Below, piece by piece: positions 36,917 through 46,864 of a stretch of DNA of 64,000 nucleotides. The translations under genes were made by a program, and so were the position numbers. Origin of the DNA: an uncultured Gemmatimonadaceae bacterium. Its GTDB lineage: Bacteria; Gemmatimonadota; Gemmatimonadetes; Longimicrobiales; Gaopeijiaceae. The notes beneath the pieces are model-generated. The model did no database searches and was not told where the DNA came from. It worked only from the letters and a program-made list of their open reading frames with translations. Each line of letters begins with the position of its first letter. The stretch's first letter is position 1. Where the stretch lies: positions 1,241 to 65,240 of the forward strand of contig CAZVYM010000008.1 in the NCBI GenBank assembly GCA_964630935.1. The letters are read 5' to 3'.

Positions 36917-37921
36917 ATGAGACACTCGAGTGACCTTCCGGCTCCCTCGGACCGGCGTGCGTACCGCATCGCGCGGCTCGGGGGATTCCTGCTCCTCGTC
37001 GGCCTCACCGACGCGTCTGGGGCGATCGGCCAGGAGACGGCCGACCCCGCCTCCAGCGAAGAGTCCTCCGCGGTGGCCGAGAATGCGAGCGACCTGCGCG
37101 TGGTGCTCATCACCGGCTCGACCGACGGTCTGGGGAGGGAGGTGGCGCGCCGCGTCGCCGCAACGGGCGCGCACGTCATCATCCACGGACGGAACGTGGA
37201 GCGGGGCAAGGCGCTCGTCGAGGAGATCGATCGCGAGGGGCCGGGCACCGCGCGCTTCTATGCCGCGGATTTCGCTTCGCTCGATCAGGTGCGCGACTTC
37301 GCCCATGAGATCCGGCTCGACTACGACCGACTCGACGTGCTCGTCAACAACGCGGGAGTCTGGCTCGACGGGCCGGATCGCCGACTCAGCGACGACGGCT
37401 ACGAGTTGACGTTCCAGGTCAACTACCTGTCCGGCTTCCTGCTCACGCGACTCCTTCTCCCCCTGCTCCTCGAGAGCGCGCCGTCCCGCATCATCAACGT
37501 ATCGTCCATCGCGCAGCGCCCGATCGACTTCGACGACGTGATGCTGGAGCACGACTACAGCAGCTCGAGGGCCTACGCGCAGAGCAAGCTCGCGCAGATC
37601 ATGTTCACCTTCGACCTGGCGGACGAGCTGAAGAACACCGGAGTCATCGTCGAGGCGCTGCATCCGGCGACCATGATGGACACGCACATGGTGCTGTCCC
37701 GGGGAGCCCAGCCCAGGAGCTCGGTCGAGGAGGGAGTGGAGGCGGTCCTGCATCTGATCGAGGCGCCGAATCTGAAGAGCGGCCAGTACTTCAACCAGAT
37801 GGAGCCCGCCCGGGCGAACGACCAGGCCTACGACCGGGGCGCGCAAGTCCGGCTGCGGCGCCTGAGCGGGGATCTGACGGGCGCGCCGATGGTGAGCCTG
37901 CGAGAGGAGGTCGACCGCTAG
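36917..37921 (+). CDS. short-chain dehydrogenase/reductase (SDR) with an N-terminal hydrophobic anchor or signal
   Basis: ATG 36917 follows AGGAGG. It has TGSTDGLG (TGxxxGxG), NNAG and the YAQSK catalytic Y-x3-K. Confidence 0.85.
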   Translation: MRHSSDLPAPSDRRAYRIARLGGFLLLVGLTDASGAIGQETADPASSEESSAVAENASDLRVVLITGSTDGLGREVARRVAATGAHVIIHGRNVERGKALVEEIDREGPGTARFYAADFASLDQVRDFAHEIRLDYDRLDVLVNNAGVWLDGPDRRLSDDGYELTFQVNYLSGFLLTRLLLPLLLESAPSRIINVSSIAQRPIDFDDVMLEHDYSSSRAYAQSKLAQIMFTFDLADELKNTGVIVEALHPATMMDTHMVLSRGAQPRSSVEEGVEAVLHLIEAPNLKSGQYFNQMEPARANDQAYDRGAQVRLRRLSGDLTGAPMVSLREEVDR

Positions 37922-37938
37922 CAGGGGCCACGCCGAAA

Positions 37939-37968
37939 GGGTCGCGGCGGACGGGGTGGCCGCGACCC
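37939..37968. terminator. stem-loop between convergent SDR and CPBP genes (10-bp GC stem)
   Basis: GGGTCGCGGC at 37939-37948 pairs with GCCGCGACCC at 37959-37968. There is no U-tract. Confidence 0.45.
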
Positions 37969-37996
37969 GGGGTCGACGGGTCCTCGAGCGGCCTCT

Positions 37997-40900
37997 CTAC
38001 GTCGAAGGCCCCGCAGCCGCGGACGATTCCTCCAGGCCGGACGGCGTCTCGGCCACGCGTCGTGGGAAACGCATCGCGAGCGTGACGAGCCCGACGACAC
38101 CCAGGAGGGTCACCAGCCCGGCCCCCTGCTCCACGAGCGTCGGGGCGTGGACCAAGTGGCGCAGCGCCCGGAAGCCGCTGGCGATCAAGGCCGCCAGGAC
38201 CCAGGACCACCCGCAGTAGGAAGCCCAGTAGCGCAGGATCAGCCAGAGAAACGCCAGAGCGCCCAGCACGAACGCCGCGCCGGCCAGCCAGATGTTCGTG
38301 CCCCGCGGGACCTCCGAGAGGACGAGCCCGAGGAGCGGAAGAAAGAGGAGCGCTCCCGTGAGCGCACGCCCCCGTGTGGACCGGGCCGCACCGACGACGA
38401 CCAGAAGCGGGATGCCGATGGTGGTGACCGCCATCACCGCATCCACCGGTACCGAGAAGAGCGTTCCGAGCGCCGGCACCACCCGACCGAGCAGCGTCGT
38501 GGGGGCCGCGGGCACGCCGGTGCGCTGCAGCACACCCGGAACGATGTCGGCCAGAGCGAACAGAGCCCCCGCACCGAGCCCGGCCAGGAGCATGTCGCGC
38601 CTCTGAGCCAGCCCGATGCCATCGGGGAAGAGGCGGATCCCCGCGCGCCTGCGGAGCGCCCCGAGCGTGTACCAGAGGGCCAACGCGATGAGCGCCGCGA
38701 CCGGGGGCGCCAGCAGCTCGGCGAGGCTCAAGCCGAGGAAGTTGCGCCACGGCATGGCCGTATCGTAGGAAGCCAGCACGGTCTTCAGCGTATTGAGGAA
38801 GCTCGTCAAGCCGAGTGCCGTCAGACTTCCCACGAAGATGAGTGTCGTCCTTCGGTCGAGGATGCCGTCGGAGAGCACCGGATCGAGACGCTTGCCGACC
38901 CGGATACCGCCCACGACCACGACCGTCAGGAAGAGCACGCCGCACAGGATCATGATCACCTGGAGACGATCCGCGCGCTCCCTCTCGGCACGCCGGAAGG
39001 TCTCGGGCAGATCCACGCTCCGCTGCACCTGCACGGCCTCTCGGCCGGCGAGCGTCACGGCGACCTTGGCCTGGGCGCCGTCCGGCAGGCCCAGCGTCGT
39101 GTCGGTGTACGTGACCGTCACGTCACGCCGATGCGGACGCACCGTTTGCGTGAGGTCGGACGCCTCGAGCGCGAGGGTGTCGAAGCCCAGGTCGGAGAGG
39201 GTCGCACGCGCGATCTCCCGGGCCTCGGCGTCGGCGATCGAGTCGCGCGCGACCGAGTCGGGGAGGAGATGATGGACGTCCAGGGGAGCCCCGTCGGGGC
39301 GGATTCGGACGCGCCACTCCTCGGCGCGATCGGCGAGGGTGCCGCTCGTGTGCACGTACCGCACGATCCACCACGCGGGGATGTCGTACTGGGCTGCCAG
39401 CACCGAGGCGAGCTTCTCGTCGTCGTGCGACTCGAGGAAATGCGCGAGCTGGTCCGTTCCGACGGTCACCGGCCGGCTCAGGCGCGTCCATCCCGAAGGA
39501 TCGACCCCTCGGGCGGCGAGCACAGAATCGGCGGTGGCGAGGACGCGGGGCCGCGGGGCGGTGAAGGCCGGGCCCAGCGTCGGGGCAGACGGCACGAAGA
39601 CGGCCAGCAGCAACGCGACGCCGCCCACGATCAGCGACAGCTCGCGTGCGCGCCTCGAAAGGGTGCGGGTGCGCACCGGCGCGGCGGCCTCCTCCGGTCG
39701 GAACTCGGTGCCGGGCCGCCACGCCCTGAAGCGGGCTTCATCGGGCAAAGCCCCGAGCCCTCGCTGGCGCACCCAGCGCCACGCCACGGCGAGCGCGGGC
39801 GCCAGCAGGACCAGCAGGATGACGGCGGCCGTCACGCGGTAGGGGAGGGCGTCGCCGGAGGCCGCGAACGACCCGAACAGCACCAGGTCGTAGACGAAGT
39901 GGGCCAGCACGGTCACGAGCAGCCCGAACCAGAGGAAGAGCACGGCCCAGAGGCACGCGTCGAGGAAGATCTCCATGCCTCGCGAGTAGGGAGGCCACGA
40001 CGCGTAGTTCGAATGGGCGAAGCCGAAGATCACCGCCGTGCCCACGACCCCGAGCGCCAGCCACCAGCCGCGGTGCTCTCGGTTTCTGGCCCAGATCGCC
40101 AACAGGGAGAGCGGAAGCGCCCGGAAGAGCGACTCCTCCCAGACGCCCGCCTGGAGGGACAGCGCGACACCGGACACCCAGGGGAGCGGCGTGGAGATGA
40201 GGTTGGGGTCGTTGACCAGCTCGGTGGGCACCCACCAGCCCAGGAGCTTGCGCGTGACCAGGTAGAAGAGCGCCACGTAGGCGAAGCCGTACGCTGCGGT
40301 CGCGTAGCCGCCGGCTACCCGGCCGGCCACGGCCCGCGTGCCCCGATGCCTCCCCAGCTTCCACCAGTCCAGGTGATCGGGGAAGGCGTGGCGCGCCGCG
40401 GCCTCGGCGGCGGCGAGGGTGAGGCCCACCAGGATCGCCATGCCCACGCCGCTCAGGATCGCCTCGAGGACGATCGTCGTCCGGAAGACGGCGGGCGAGG
40501 TCGCGGTGTCGTATCCGAACCAGCTCCCGGGCAGCTGGTTCACGCCGGCCGCGGCGATGAGGGCGCCGATCACGGCCCCCGCGACCAGAGCCGGCCGCCA
40601 GCGCACCGACTGTTCGAGCGCGTAGTGGCGCAGGACGAACGCACCCAGGATCAGGAGCGCCAGCATGCCGATCTGCGCGATCACCGCCAGCAGGTCGTTG
40701 GCCGAGCGCATCTCGCCGTAGCGCCGATGGAACGACTGGGGGATGACCACGTAGGGGTTGGCGGCCGAGGGTGTGTCGCCGGCGATCACCACGTCGAGGC
40801 GGATGGGCGCTTCCGCGATGCGGCGGCCCTCGCGCTCGAACGTGAACGTGCGGTCCACGCGCCCGCTCGTCTTGCGCGTCTCGTACGAGGACGAGGACAG

Positions 40901-41407
40901 GCTCCAGAGCGTCGTGTCCTGACCGATCCAGTCGGCGAGTACCGTCGTGGCCAGAGCGCGGGCGGAGTCGGGGTCGAGCTCGGGGCGTCGGTCGGACTCG
41001 GCGAGCACCCTGCGGAAGCCGACGATGCGCCCGTCCGTGGCGAAGTCGACCCGCGCTTCGTGGGGATCGAGCGGCACGAACGCGCGCACGCTCCAGGTGA
41101 AGAGCGCGAAGTCACGGCCGCGAATGAGCGCGTTCAACGAGTCGGGCCCGCCCCCCGCTAGGTCCACGTAGGTGCGAAGCGAGTCGTTGGCCTCGAAGTG
41201 GACGGCCCTGCGCGAGCCTTCCGGCGCCAGGTCGTGCGCCTGGAAGAAGGAATCCGCGCGCTGGAGCGCCACCTGCCGGGTGATCTGCTGGCGCAGTGCG
41301 AGCATGGGCATGGCGCGCGGGAAGAGCCAGGCCGCCAGGCCCCCCGCGACGACGATGATCGCGCCGAGCCAGAGCCCGGGGCGCCGAATCTTCGGGAGTG
41401 TGTCCAT
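37997..41407 (-). CDS. very large polytopic membrane protein containing a CPBP (CAAX/Abi-type) intramembrane metalloprotease core
   Basis: ATG 41407 (alternative 41512). CPBP motifs are present: EExxxR (WEESLFRALP), FxxxH (FGFAHSNY) and HxxxD (AHFVYDL). Two extracytoplasmic domains of about 230 aa are each followed by a multi-TM bundle. Confidence 0.8.
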   Translation of the reverse strand: MDTLPKIRRPGLWLGAIIVVAGGLAAWLFPRAMPMLALRQQITRQVALQRADSFFQAHDLAPEGSRRAVHFEANDSLRTYVDLAGGGPDSLNALIRGRDFALFTWSVRAFVPLDPHEARVDFATDGRIVGFRRVLAESDRRPELDPDSARALATTVLADWIGQDTTLWSLSSSSYETRKTSGRVDRTFTFEREGRRIAEAPIRLDVVIAGDTPSAANPYVVIPQSFHRRYGEMRSANDLLAVIAQIGMLALLILGAFVLRHYALEQSVRWRPALVAGAVIGALIAAAGVNQLPGSWFGYDTATSPAVFRTTIVLEAILSGVGMAILVGLTLAAAEAAARHAFPDHLDWWKLGRHRGTRAVAGRVAGGYATAAYGFAYVALFYLVTRKLLGWWVPTELVNDPNLISTPLPWVSGVALSLQAGVWEESLFRALPLSLLAIWARNREHRGWWLALGVVGTAVIFGFAHSNYASWPPYSRGMEIFLDACLWAVLFLWFGLLVTVLAHFVYDLVLFGSFAASGDALPYRVTAAVILLVLLAPALAVAWRWVRQRGLGALPDEARFRAWRPGTEFRPEEAAAPVRTRTLSRRARELSLIVGGVALLLAVFVPSAPTLGPAFTAPRPRVLATADSVLAARGVDPSGWTRLSRPVTVGTDQLAHFLESHDDEKLASVLAAQYDIPAWWIVRYVHTSGTLADRAEEWRVRIRPDGAPLDVHHLLPDSVARDSIADAEAREIARATLSDLGFDTLALEASDLTQTVRPHRRDVTVTYTDTTLGLPDGAQAKVAVTLAGREAVQVQRSVDLPETFRRAERERADRLQVIMILCGVLFLTVVVVGGIRVGKRLDPVLSDGILDRRTTLIFVGSLTALGLTSFLNTLKTVLASYDTAMPWRNFLGLSLAELLAPPVAALIALALWYTLGALRRRAGIRLFPDGIGLAQRRDMLLAGLGAGALFALADIVPGVLQRTGVPAAPTTLLGRVVPALGTLFSVPVDAVMAVTTIGIPLLVVVGAARSTRGRALTGALLFLPLLGLVLSEVPRGTNIWLAGAAFVLGALAFLWLILRYWASYCGWSWVLAALIASGFRALRHLVHAPTLVEQGAGLVTLLGVVGLVTLAMRFPRRVAETPSGLEESSAAAGPST

Positions 41408-41589
41408 AGGTGGGCAGAATCTCCCCGACGGGGGGGAGGCGCAAGGCGCCGGTGCGCGTGTCTCCCTTGTGAACCGCCGCGCTCGTCCGGAGTTTGCATG
41501 GGACCGTTTCAAGTAGCTCCGCGGCGGTCCGGGGCGGGAATGTCTCCGCTCCGTCGCCTCGGGGCGCCCGACATCCCGCCGATCATCCC

Positions 41590-43425
41590 ATGCCGAATCC
41601 CATCGTCGAGTGTGTGCCGAATTTCTCCGAGGGCCGGGACCGGGCCCTCCTCGAGAAGATCACCAACGCCATCGCCGCCGTGCCGGGCGTGAGCCTCCTG
41701 GACGTCGATCCGGGCGCGAACACCAACCGCACCGTGGTCACGTTCGTGGGCTCTCCCGAGGCGGTGGCGGAGGGTGCCTTCCAGGGCGTGGCGAAGGCCG
41801 CCGAGCTCATCGACATGCGGCGCCATCACGGCGAGCATCCGCGCATGGGGGCGACCGACGTCGTGCCGTTCGTGCCGGTCGCCGACATCACGATGGAAGA
41901 GTGCGCGGAGATCGCCCGCCGCGTGGGGCGCAGGATCGGCGAGGAGTTGGGCATCTCGGTCTACCTCTACGAGCACGCGGCCTCGCGCCCGGAGCGGCGC
42001 AACCTCTCACGCGTCCGCTCGGGCGAGTACGAGGGGATGGCCGAGAAGCTGAAGGACCCGGCGTGGAAGCCCGATTACGGGCCTGCCGACCTGAACGAGA
42101 GGGCCGGGGTCACCGCGGTGGGCGCGCGAGAGTTCCTCATCGCGTACAACATCGATCTCAACACCACCGACCGGCGCTACGCCAACGAGATCGCCTATAC
42201 GCTTCGCGAGCGGGGGCGGTGGAAGCGTACGGGCAACACCGAGCCGTTCTACTACAAGGGCGAGATCGTGCGCTTCTCCTCGGACGGCCGCTACCCGTGC
42301 GGCCCGTGCGACTTCGTCGGCGACTCGTTCGAGGAGCTCGAGGCCCACTACCGCGACGTCCACGGAGGGGACCTTCGGGCACGGTACGAGGGGTTGGAGA
42401 TCGACCCGGAGCGGCCCACGGGCCCGGTCTTCGACGACGGGCTGTTCAAGGACGTGAAGGCGATCGGCTGGGTCATCGAGGAGTACGGCCGCGCCCAGAT
42501 CAGCATCAACCTCACCAACTACAAGGTGAGCGCGCCGCACGAGGTTCTCGAGGCGGCCCGGGAGGAAGCGGGCAAGCGGGGCATCGTCGTCACCGGATCG
42601 GAGCTCGTGGGCCTCGTCCCGTACGACGCCATCGATCGGGCGGCACGCTTCTATCTGAGACGGATGATGAAGTCGACGGGCATCCCGGTCCCGGATCGGA
42701 TGGAGACCGCGATCCAGTCGATGGGACTGCGGGACGTCGCTCCGTTCGACCCGGCGGAGAAGGTGCTTGCGCTTCCGAAGGTCGAAGGCCCGCTGGTGCG
42801 GCGGACCACGTACGATTTCGTCGACGAGGTCTCGCGCGACACGCCGGCTCCCGGAGGCGGCTCGGTGGCCGCCCTGGCCGGGGCGCTCGGCGGGGCGCTC
42901 GCCTCGATGGTCGCCAACCTGTCGGTCGGGAAGGGCTCCTTCGACGAGCATTACGATGCGCTCTGCTCGATCGCGGAGCGCGCCCAGGTGGTCAAGGACG
43001 CGCTGGTCCGCGGGGTCGACGAGGACACGCAGGCGTTCGATGCCGTCCTCGAGGGGATGCGCATGCCGCAGGACACCGAGGAGGAGCGCACCGCGCGGAC
43101 CCGCGCGATCCAGAAGGGCTACAAGGAGGCCACGAGCGTCCCTCTGGCGACGGCGGAGCGGTGCTTGCAGGCGATGAAGCTCTGCCGGGAGATGGCCGAG
43201 CTGGCGAGTGAACAGATGATCAGCGACGTGGGTACCGGCGTGCACCTGGCGCACGCGGGCCTGAGGGGCGCGGCCTACAACGTGCGCATCAACCTGCCGC
43301 ACATCACCGAGGACGCGTTCGCGGCCGAGGTCCGGGAGCGGCTGAGCGCACTGCTGGCGGAAGCCGAGGAGGTCGCCGTGAAGGTCGAAGAGCGCGTCGA
43401 AGCTGCCCTGGGAGGTGCGTCTTGA
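41590..43425 (+). CDS. ftcD: bifunctional glutamate formimidoyltransferase / formimidoyltetrahydrofolate cyclodeaminase
   Basis: ATG 41590. The transferase N-terminus is IVECVPNFSEGRD, with TNRTV and GEHPRMGATDV. The cyclodeaminase block is TPAPGGGSVAALAGALGGALASMV. An extra insert of about 75 aa is described in the findings. Confidence 0.9.
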   Translation: MPNPIVECVPNFSEGRDRALLEKITNAIAAVPGVSLLDVDPGANTNRTVVTFVGSPEAVAEGAFQGVAKAAELIDMRRHHGEHPRMGATDVVPFVPVADITMEECAEIARRVGRRIGEELGISVYLYEHAASRPERRNLSRVRSGEYEGMAEKLKDPAWKPDYGPADLNERAGVTAVGAREFLIAYNIDLNTTDRRYANEIAYTLRERGRWKRTGNTEPFYYKGEIVRFSSDGRYPCGPCDFVGDSFEELEAHYRDVHGGDLRARYEGLEIDPERPTGPVFDDGLFKDVKAIGWVIEEYGRAQISINLTNYKVSAPHEVLEAAREEAGKRGIVVTGSELVGLVPYDAIDRAARFYLRRMMKSTGIPVPDRMETAIQSMGLRDVAPFDPAEKVLALPKVEGPLVRRTTYDFVDEVSRDTPAPGGGSVAALAGALGGALASMVANLSVGKGSFDEHYDALCSIAERAQVVKDALVRGVDEDTQAFDAVLEGMRMPQDTEEERTARTRAIQKGYKEATSVPLATAERCLQAMKLCREMAELASEQMISDVGTGVHLAHAGLRGAAYNVRINLPHITEDAFAAEVRERLSALLAEAEEVAVKVEERVEAALGGAS

Positions 43426-44822
43426 GCGGGCCCGGCGTGCGCAACGAGCGGCCCTATGCCGACGTCATCGGCATGATCGGTTGGACGCCCATGGTCCGGC
43501 TCAACCGGGTCGTGGACGGGGTGCGGACCCCCGTGTACGCCAAATGCGAGTTCATGAACCCGGGCGGCTCCGTGAAGGACCGGATCGGCCTGGCCATGAT
43601 CGAGGCGGCCGAGAAGGAGGGACGGCTGAAGCCCGGAGGCACCATCGTCGAGGGGACGAGCGGCAACACGGGCCTCGCGCTCGCGATGACCGCGGCCATC
43701 AAGGGCTACCGATGCATCTTCACGATGCCGGACAAGATGAGCACCGAGAAGGTGAAGCTGCTGCGTGCGTTCGGGGCGGAGGTCATCATCACGCCCACCG
43801 CGGTGCCTCCGGACCATCCCGAGAACTACGTGATGAAGGCGAAAGCGATCGCCCACGAGCTCGACGGCGCGATCCTCGCCAACCAGTTCTACAACGAAGC
43901 CAACCCGAACGCGCACTACGCGAGCACCGGGCCGGAGCTCTGGGCCCAGAGCGAGGGCAGGATCACCCACTTCCTGGCGGGGGCGGGCACGGGAGGCACG
44001 ATCACCGGTACGGGCCGGTTCCTCAAGGACCAGAATCCAGAGGTGCGTGTGGTCGGCGTCGACCCGGACGGGTCGATGATCGGACCCTACTACAAGACGG
44101 GCGAGAAGACCGAGGGCCATCCCTACAAGGTGGAAGGTCTCGGCAACGACAAGATCCCCGGCACGCTCGACCTGGACGTCGTGGACGACTACGTGACGGT
44201 GAGCGACGGGGACGCGTTCCTGATGGCGCGGCGCCTGACCCGAGAGGAAGGTCTCTTCGCCGGAGGGTCCTCGGGTCTCATCACGCACGCGGCGGTCGCG
44301 CTGGCCCGAGAGCTCGACGACCCCGAGGCGTTCGTGGTGGCGCTCCTTCCCGACTGGGGCGAGCACTACCTGAGCAAGTGCTTCGACGACGACTGGATGA
44401 GGGAGAACGGCTACCTCGAGCGTCCGCGGCGGCGGAGCCTCGCGGAGATGCTCCGCGCCAAGGAGGGCTCCGCCAAGCTCATCACGGTCGGCCCGGAGAC
44501 GTCGATCCGCATGGCGGTCTCCACGATCACCGCCCACGACATCGGGCAGCTCCCGATCGTCCAGAACGGCGAATGCGTGGGCTCCGTGGCGGAGAGCGAC
44601 CTCATGGCTCGCGTCATCCAGGAGCCCGAGCTGCTGGAGCGTCCGGTGGAGTCCGTCATGGGCCCACCGTATCCCGTCGTGGACGCGCACGTTGATGCGG
44701 GCGAAGTGACCCGGCTCCTGCAGCGCGGCAACGACGCCTGCCTCGTGCGCCAGGGTGGAGCGCTCACCGGAATCGTGACCCGGTTCGACATCGTGAAGGC
44801 CCTGACCGCGGCAGCCTCCTGA
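43422..44822 (+). CDS. cystathionine beta-synthase-type PLP enzyme with a C-terminal CBS-domain pair
   Basis: TTG 43422 follows GGAGG and overlaps the ftcD stop (TTGA). It has the PLP lysine block NPGGSVKDR, GTSGNTG, and tandem CBS domains in the last ~130 aa. Confidence 0.85.
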   Translation: MSGPGVRNERPYADVIGMIGWTPMVRLNRVVDGVRTPVYAKCEFMNPGGSVKDRIGLAMIEAAEKEGRLKPGGTIVEGTSGNTGLALAMTAAIKGYRCIFTMPDKMSTEKVKLLRAFGAEVIITPTAVPPDHPENYVMKAKAIAHELDGAILANQFYNEANPNAHYASTGPELWAQSEGRITHFLAGAGTGGTITGTGRFLKDQNPEVRVVGVDPDGSMIGPYYKTGEKTEGHPYKVEGLGNDKIPGTLDLDVVDDYVTVSDGDAFLMARRLTREEGLFAGGSSGLITHAAVALARELDDPEAFVVALLPDWGEHYLSKCFDDDWMRENGYLERPRRRSLAEMLRAKEGSAKLITVGPETSIRMAVSTITAHDIGQLPIVQNGECVGSVAESDLMARVIQEPELLERPVESVMGPPYPVVDAHVDAGEVTRLLQRGNDACLVRQGGALTGIVTRFDIVKALTAAAS

Positions 44823-44850
44823 TGCGGACCCGGCGCTCGAGGAGGACCGC

Positions 44851-45867
44851 ATGAGAGTCGCGGTGCTCATGGGGGGCACGTCCGACGAGCGCGAGGTGTC
44901 GCTCTCCTCGGGTGCCCAGGTCGCCCGTGCGCTCCGCGACGCGGGCCACGAGGTGGTGGCCGTGGACACGGCGCGGGGCGCGCTGTCGAGGTCCGAGGAG
45001 TCGAGCCTGCTGGCCTCGGGCGTGCGGGCGACCCCGCCCGCCCACGACGATCTCACGCGGCTGGACGAGGGCCACACGGTGGCGCTCGCGCGCGATCCCA
45101 CGCTCGGAGAGGTGGACGTGTTCTTTCTCGCGCTCCACGGCGGAAGCGGGGAGGACGGGACCATCCAGGCGCTCCTCGACGTAGCGGGCGTCGCCTACAC
45201 CGGGAGCGATCGACTCGGGTGCTCGCTCGCGATGGACAAGGAGGTCGCCAAGCGGCTCCTGCGCGACGCGGGGATCCCGACGCCCGACTGGCTCACCGGC
45301 GATCCGAGCGCCGACGAGGTGATCGAAGCGCTCGGCCTCCCCGTCATCGTCAAGGCGGCGGGCGGCGGCTCGTCGCTCCGGCTCCTGCTGGCCCACGATC
45401 GCGTCGAGTTGGAGGCCGCGCTCGAGGAGGCGCGAGGGTTCGACGACCTGGTCCTGTTCGAGCGCTACGTCCGGGGCCGTGAGCTCACGGTCGGTGTCGT
45501 GGGCGACCAGGCGCTGCCGGTCGGAGAGATCATCCCGGCCCACGAGATCTTCGACTACGAGTGCAAGTATCAGCCGGGCCTCGCCCGGGAGATCTTCCCC
45601 GCCGACATCCCGCCCGAGCTCGCCTCGCACCTCCAGCGGACGGCCCTCGCGGTGCACCGGGTGCTCCGCATGCGGGACTTCAGCAGGGTCGATTTCCTGG
45701 TCGACGGCGAGGGGACCGCTTGGTGTCTGGAAGCGAACGCGCTCCCCGGCATGACGGCCAACAGCCTCGTTCCGAAGGCCGCGCGGGCGGCCGGGATCTC
45801 GTTTCCGGAGCTGTGCGACCGTATCGTGAGGTACGCGGCGGCAAGGAGACGGACCGACGCGTCGTAG
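44851..45867 (+). CDS. ddl: D-alanine--D-alanine ligase
   Basis: MRVAVLMGGTSDEREVSLSSG, LHGGSGEDGTIQALLD, ATP-grasp blocks and the LEANALPGMT C-terminal motif are present. Confidence 0.9.
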   Translation: MRVAVLMGGTSDEREVSLSSGAQVARALRDAGHEVVAVDTARGALSRSEESSLLASGVRATPPAHDDLTRLDEGHTVALARDPTLGEVDVFFLALHGGSGEDGTIQALLDVAGVAYTGSDRLGCSLAMDKEVAKRLLRDAGIPTPDWLTGDPSADEVIEALGLPVIVKAAGGGSSLRLLLAHDRVELEAALEEARGFDDLVLFERYVRGRELTVGVVGDQALPVGEIIPAHEIFDYECKYQPGLAREIFPADIPPELASHLQRTALAVHRVLRMRDFSRVDFLVDGEGTAWCLEANALPGMTANSLVPKAARAAGISFPELCDRIVRYAAARRRTDAS

Positions 45868-45947
45868 TCTTCAGTAGGCAGGAACCTGCCCACCGGGCGG
45901 GGGTTTGAGACAACAGTTCCCCGGTAGATCCAGAGCACGGTCACAGC

Positions 45948-46808
45948 ATGGCTTACTCCTACAGGACCTTCAGATTCGGCGGGATGCTCACCCCCGTGGT
46001 GAAGCGTCTGATCATCGCCAACGTGGCCGTGTTCCTGTTCGGATCGGTGATGAACCATGCGGTCGGTCCGGACTTCATGATCGACTGGTTCGCGTTCCAG
46101 CCGACCCGGATCTTCCTGCGGCCCTGGGGCGTGTTCACCTACATGTTCGTCCACGGCGGCTTCTGGCACATCGCCCTGAACATGTTGGTCCTCTTCTTCT
46201 TCGGGCCACCGCTCGAGAGCGCCTGGGGAGGCCGCGAGTTCTTCAAGTTCTACATCATCTGCGGACTCGGCGGCGTGGCCCTGAGCTACGTGTTCCTGCC
46301 GACCGCCATCATCGGAGCGTCCGCCGCGATCTACGGCGTCATGCTCGCGTTCGCGATGACGTGGCCGGACGCGCCCATCTACTTCTGGGGCATCTTCCCG
46401 ATCAAGGCGAAGTGGCTGGTGGGCTTCTTCGTCGCGATGTCGCTCTTCTACTCGATCAGCGCGCCGAGTGGCGGCGGCATCGCGCACCTGGCCCACCTCG
46501 GAGGGTTCCTGACCGGCTTCCTCTACCTGAAGAGCCACCGGCACGCCGGTCAGGGGTTCGAGCGCTTGAAGAGGGCCGTGCGCACCCATCCCAGGCTCGC
46601 CATCGTGCCGCACCAGGGGAAGTCCCAGGAGCGCCGGAGCGCGGCCAAGCCCGAGGCCGCGGAGCGGAGGGAGCGCAAGGAAGACGTCGCGCTCTACGAT
46701 GCCGTGGACCAGGTGCTCGACAAGATCTCCGAGCAGGGCATGGGCTCGCTGACGGCCGCCGAGCGCAAGCTCCTGGACGACGTCTCCCGGAGGCACCGCA
46801 CCAACTGA
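45948..46808 (+). CDS. rhomboid-family intramembrane serine protease with a charged C-terminal tail
   Basis: FVHGGFWHIALNM, the catalytic Ser block GASAAIYG and the catalytic His block AHLAHLGGFLTG are present. Confidence 0.9.
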   Translation: MAYSYRTFRFGGMLTPVVKRLIIANVAVFLFGSVMNHAVGPDFMIDWFAFQPTRIFLRPWGVFTYMFVHGGFWHIALNMLVLFFFGPPLESAWGGREFFKFYIICGLGGVALSYVFLPTAIIGASAAIYGVMLAFAMTWPDAPIYFWGIFPIKAKWLVGFFVAMSLFYSISAPSGGGIAHLAHLGGFLTGFLYLKSHRHAGQGFERLKRAVRTHPRLAIVPHQGKSQERRSAAKPEAAERRERKEDVALYDAVDQVLDKISEQGMGSLTAAERKLLDDVSRRHRTN

Positions 46809-46864
46809 CCCCCGGGAGCACGCACGAGCGGATCCCGAATGCACCTCCGCTCCCTTGACTCGGA

